From: Candidatus Poribacteria bacterium
Lineage (GTDB): Bacteria > Poribacteria > WGA-4E > JAJDTR01
Reading direction: 5' to 3'
Assembly (NCBI GenBank): GCA_965222225.1
Contig: CBDCTK010000002.1
Location: forward strand, 4,928,001-4,992,000
Length of the DNA stretch: 64,000 bases
The notes beneath the pieces were generated by a model. That model did no database searches and was not told the origin of the DNA. It saw only the letters and a program-made list of their open reading frames with translations. Each line of letters starts with the position of its first letter. Within the stretch, counting starts at the first letter, position 1. Below are positions 60,732 to 64,000 of this stretch, in pieces. A program made the position numbers and the translations under genes.

Positions 60732-63700
60732 TTAATCTGCCAGAGCCTTTAAATCAAGCCTGCCCGTGCGGAGGAGGTTTTCATGGGCGCGGGCCGCATC
60801 CCGACGCACATTCTCGTCGCTGCTTTCGATTCCGGCTTTCAGGATAGTTTTTGCTCCTTCAGTGTAGATGTCAATGGCGTCATCTCTGAATCCATCTGTT
60901 AGCTTTGTGAAGCAGGCAACTACTTCCGCAGTATAATCCGGAAGCATCTCGCACAAAGCGTCAATCTGAATTGCGACCGCCATATCTTCCGCTTTGCATG
61001 TGTCCAGAACCTTTGAGTATGCACTTAATCGCCAGCGGGCATCAAAGCACTTGGCTTTCAACCAGAAGGTAATTCCTCGGAGTTCCTTGGGCTCTTTAGC
61101 GGCTAGACGCCAATTGAAAAACTCGATTATTTTGTTTCGCTGGTTTATATCCAATTGCTCGTTTGTATCCCACAAAGTACGACCGACATACTCAAACAAA
61201 CTCGCCCAAGGCTCAGGATTATCGACTGTAGCTTTGTAGAATTCTTGAAGAAGACTTTCATTTCCTGTAAGAGGATATTTCTCCCACAAATAGAGGAAAA
61301 ATAGGTGTTTTCCAAGGAGAAAAACCGATTGGTTTCCTCGGATGTGGCGCTCTTTGAGTTGAGTCAGATTTTGGAGGGCAAATACATAGTCGTTTTGAAG
61401 TGCCTCAAAAGTGGGTTTGGACGGACCATTATGGCTTAAAAAACCGTTGAATGCTGCCAACCATTTTGAAAAATCTCTCCGTGGGAACAGGTTTGATTTA
61501 TGTGCAGTTGCCCACGCCTCATTGAGGTAAAGAAGCCGCTCGTAGTTCTTTCCCAGAATGGCATATTCCGGCAGTGTCAAAGGATATTCTGCGGTAGGCG
61601 CCAAGCGTTTTTCAAGAATCACCGTGACTTCCGAAACATCGGCAACCGGATCGCTTCTCCGTAACCATAAACCGAAATTGACCAGCGCTTCTAGCGCGCG
61701 ACAACGTGGGGCATTCATGCTTTCATCAATCAGTTCACTTCCCTTCAAATATCGATCTAATCTCCAATCGAATTGTGTGCAGAATATGTCCAAAAGTTTT
61801 GCCAATTGTGCGCGTGCGGAAACGGGCGGGTTTATCTCCTTTCGGAAACATGACTCAATTAAGTCACTCACAGCCCACCGAGAATTGGACCAGTTGGGCT
61901 TATCTCGCGATTCACCGGCGTGTCTATCGTATATTCCGTTCTCAATGTCGTCAGGATGTGAAAGCACCCACTCGCTGAACGCCAACCATTCATCAAGATT
62001 GTCGAAGTTATTCGCTTCAACGCACTCTCGCATCACGTTAATAATCCTTTCCACGAAAACGGGCCTCTCAATCTTGCGGTAATTTTCCATCCAGAACCTG
62101 TGCCTCATGGGGTCTGAGATAATCTGCTCCCTAAAAACGGTTTGAAACGCTCGGGAAAGCCCTTGAATATTGACCTCTATCAGATTGTTACCCTCGAAAG
62201 TGTCTTCATTTTCGTCCCATTCGTTGATGAAGGAAAGTAATTCCTCATCTGTGAGGCTTGTGAGGTCTTCGGGCGAGCGTGGGCTACGGGTAGAAACGAA
62301 TCCAGTCCTTGTCTTAAATGGCGGATAGTCCTCATCGGAAATCAGCGCATTGGCTTCGTCTTCCAATTCTTGGAAATAGGTTTTATATTCGCCAAACAAC
62401 ACAGGTGCAAACGGCCAAAATTGTTTCCGATGAAAACGACGCTGGTTTTGCCTAAACTCTTCCTCGGTAAGGTCATCTTTCGAGGGACCATTACGGATGC
62501 AATCGAAGATACCTTTTAGTTCGTCCTTTGAAAGCAATGCCGAACCGAAATGTTCACAAGCACCGCGTATCATTTTTTGAAATTCATAGCTGTACTCCCA
62601 CCGATCGTAACTTTCGTATTCCCGAATTAGTTCTTGAATCCAGGGTTTGGTCGTCTGAGTTGGGTACTGAGCAAGCAGATGCTGACGCAAGCGTTTGAAT
62701 ATTCGCCATGGTTGTGATCGCAATGCGTCGTCCAGATCGTCAACTGAATCTGGTCTTTTTTCGTAAACCTGCTGACAAGCAAAGGTGAGTGTATAAACAA
62801 GCGATTTTTCAGCATCTTCGTAATCACCCTTAGATTCAGTGAGCCGTTCATACCAATAGTCGGAATAGTCGACTGCTTTGCCAATGTCCTCTTGGTGCAT
62901 TCGAAGACGGACCATATCTGCGGCAGTCTTGATTAGAAGGTGCGCAACCTCACAGGGTTTTTTCGCTGCAAGCGTACGGACGCCGTCGGACAATATCCTG
63001 CGATATTCCATACTGCCAAAACGAGGTGATGGCTCAAGTCGCGTATCCGCTAACATAGCAAGTAGTGAATCTAGGTCTATCGGCTCTTCTTCCCGGCGTT
63101 TGCGCTTGGCTTTATCTTGGGGATCAGGAACAAAACTAACAAGCGCTTTTGCAAGCCTTAATGCAGCGCTTGTTTGGTCCTCTGCCGTCCAATAGGCTAA
63201 CAGATCTGCGAATCGGTACGCCAAGAAGTGGTATTCCAGATTTGCATATTCGAGTATTTTTGGTTCTAGCTTCGCGGAATGAGTCGCAGGGAGTTGAAGT
63301 GCAATTTCCAAAATCTCATTATAGATGCGCGGATTATTAGTCTCGGGAAGTTGTAACACAATTTTAATAACATCGCCTCGCGCATGTAGTGCCATTTTTG
63401 TCAGGTAACGCATGGGCCACCAAAAGGGATAATTGGCGATGCCCTCGCCGATTGGTTCTGCATTTGGCGGATTGGCAAAGTAATCTCCATTGTCAAGGTG
63501 GGACAACCACGCAATATCTGCGTTATCTGCGGCGTACTTAAAGAAAAAAACGTAGTTTGCACCCTTCCGCTCAATGAGTGAAAACATATTTTCTACGTCG
63601 GTTTCAGACCTATTGGCATTCCCGAGAATGGATTGAATTTCCTTCTGATTTTCCGTAGTTATGGGAGCTAGAAGGTCAAACACTGTGTTTTCAAGTCCCT

Positions 63701-64000
63701 CAAGGCACTTTTTGAAAGATTTAATGTTTTGTTTGCAGTTATGGTGAGTAAAACCTTCCAGTTTTTTCCATAATCCATACAATTCATCGCGCTTTCTTTC
63801 TCGAATCTGCCCGTGGAATCGATTGGCCATCGGATCAATGGTCGTTACCGCCATTTGCATCCGTTCCCGCCGAGTTGGTTGCTGGTTAGACTCGAGATAT
63901 TCCTCAAAGTCCTTAAGTGTTTTGTCCAAATGTGGATTAATCTTTTTGTCTTTCCAGCCATCAGGATAGTGCTTTTTGTCTTTCAAAATGCGTCTATACA
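60732..64000 (-). CDS. Large alpha-helical hypothetical protein, probably defence-associated; 5' end lies beyond the window
   Basis: Frame open to the window edge (over 1084 aa); YVFFF...WL..L...YF..PP...WWP..YL block resembles C-terminal regions of SIR2/STAND-type proteins. Confidence 0.7.
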   Translation of the reverse strand, partial: YRRILKDKKHYPDGWKDKKINPHLDKTLKDFEEYLESNQQPTRRERMQMAVTTIDPMANRFHGQIRERKRDELYGLWKKLEGFTHHNCKQNIKSFKKCLEGLENTVFDLLAPITTENQKEIQSILGNANRSETDVENMFSLIERKGANYVFFFKYAADNADIAWLSHLDNGDYFANPPNAEPIGEGIANYPFWWPMRYLTKMALHARGDVIKIVLQLPETNNPRIYNEILEIALQLPATHSAKLEPKILEYANLEYHFLAYRFADLLAYWTAEDQTSAALRLAKALVSFVPDPQDKAKRKRREEEPIDLDSLLAMLADTRLEPSPRFGSMEYRRILSDGVRTLAAKKPCEVAHLLIKTAADMVRLRMHQEDIGKAVDYSDYWYERLTESKGDYEDAEKSLVYTLTFACQQVYEKRPDSVDDLDDALRSQPWRIFKRLRQHLLAQYPTQTTKPWIQELIREYESYDRWEYSYEFQKMIRGACEHFGSALLSKDELKGIFDCIRNGPSKDDLTEEEFRQNQRRFHRKQFWPFAPVLFGEYKTYFQELEDEANALISDEDYPPFKTRTGFVSTRSPRSPEDLTSLTDEELLSFINEWDENEDTFEGNNLIEVNIQGLSRAFQTVFREQIISDPMRHRFWMENYRKIERPVFVERIINVMRECVEANNFDNLDEWLAFSEWVLSHPDDIENGIYDRHAGESRDKPNWSNSRWAVSDLIESCFRKEINPPVSARAQLAKLLDIFCTQFDWRLDRYLKGSELIDESMNAPRCRALEALVNFGLWLRRSDPVADVSEVTVILEKRLAPTAEYPLTLPEYAILGKNYERLLYLNEAWATAHKSNLFPRRDFSKWLAAFNGFLSHNGPSKPTFEALQNDYVFALQNLTQLKERHIRGNQSVFLLGKHLFFLYLWEKYPLTGNESLLQEFYKATVDNPEPWASLFEYVGRTLWDTNEQLDINQRNKIIEFFNWRLAAKEPKELRGITFWLKAKCFDARWRLSAYSKVLDTCKAEDMAVAIQIDALCEMLPDYTAEVVACFTKLTDGFRDDAIDIYTEGAKTILKAGIESSDENVRRDAARAHENLLRTGRLDLKALAD

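Noticed and set aside
59487-60752. ORFs as the missing type III Mod subunit
   Set aside because: No DPPY or FxGxG motifs; the region is repeat-rich and appears non-coding

Overview
Bacterial chromosomal window of roughly 50% GC (estimated by eye). Gene content and REP/MITE-rich intergenic DNA suggest an uncultured lineage such as Ca. Poribacteria, but that is inference only. The left third is mostly housekeeping (argD, ispE-tRNA-Gln-rplY-amidase-GerMN-pth, ftsY), followed by an Rrf2-cysK-cysH-CysO/MoaD-JAB-NIL sulfur cluster. A type II Zorya operon (zorA-zorB-zorE) runs directly into a strongly divergent sigma-54-like gene. Next come an ActP-like symporter, rarA, and an ECF sigma/anti-sigma/HtrA operon whose HtrA lacks the catalytic His. 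A small island carries a TnpI/Xer-like tyrosine recombinase with a readable core-plus-accessory recombination site. Two glnD paralogues flank a tandemly duplicated cassette (conserved leader plus an uncharacterised membrane-anchored His/Met/Cys-repeat protein). The right end looks like a decaying defence region (disrupted type III Res subunit, large helical protein cut by the window edge). Intergenic DNA shows nested mobile repeats: three MITE families, GTAG-type REPs and a 35-bp GATC-bounded non-palindromic unit found inside them and inside itself. Several genes are disrupted (pgl, DUF4212, blaR1, res, a ceramidase-like fragment). All family calls come from motif recognition, not database searches.
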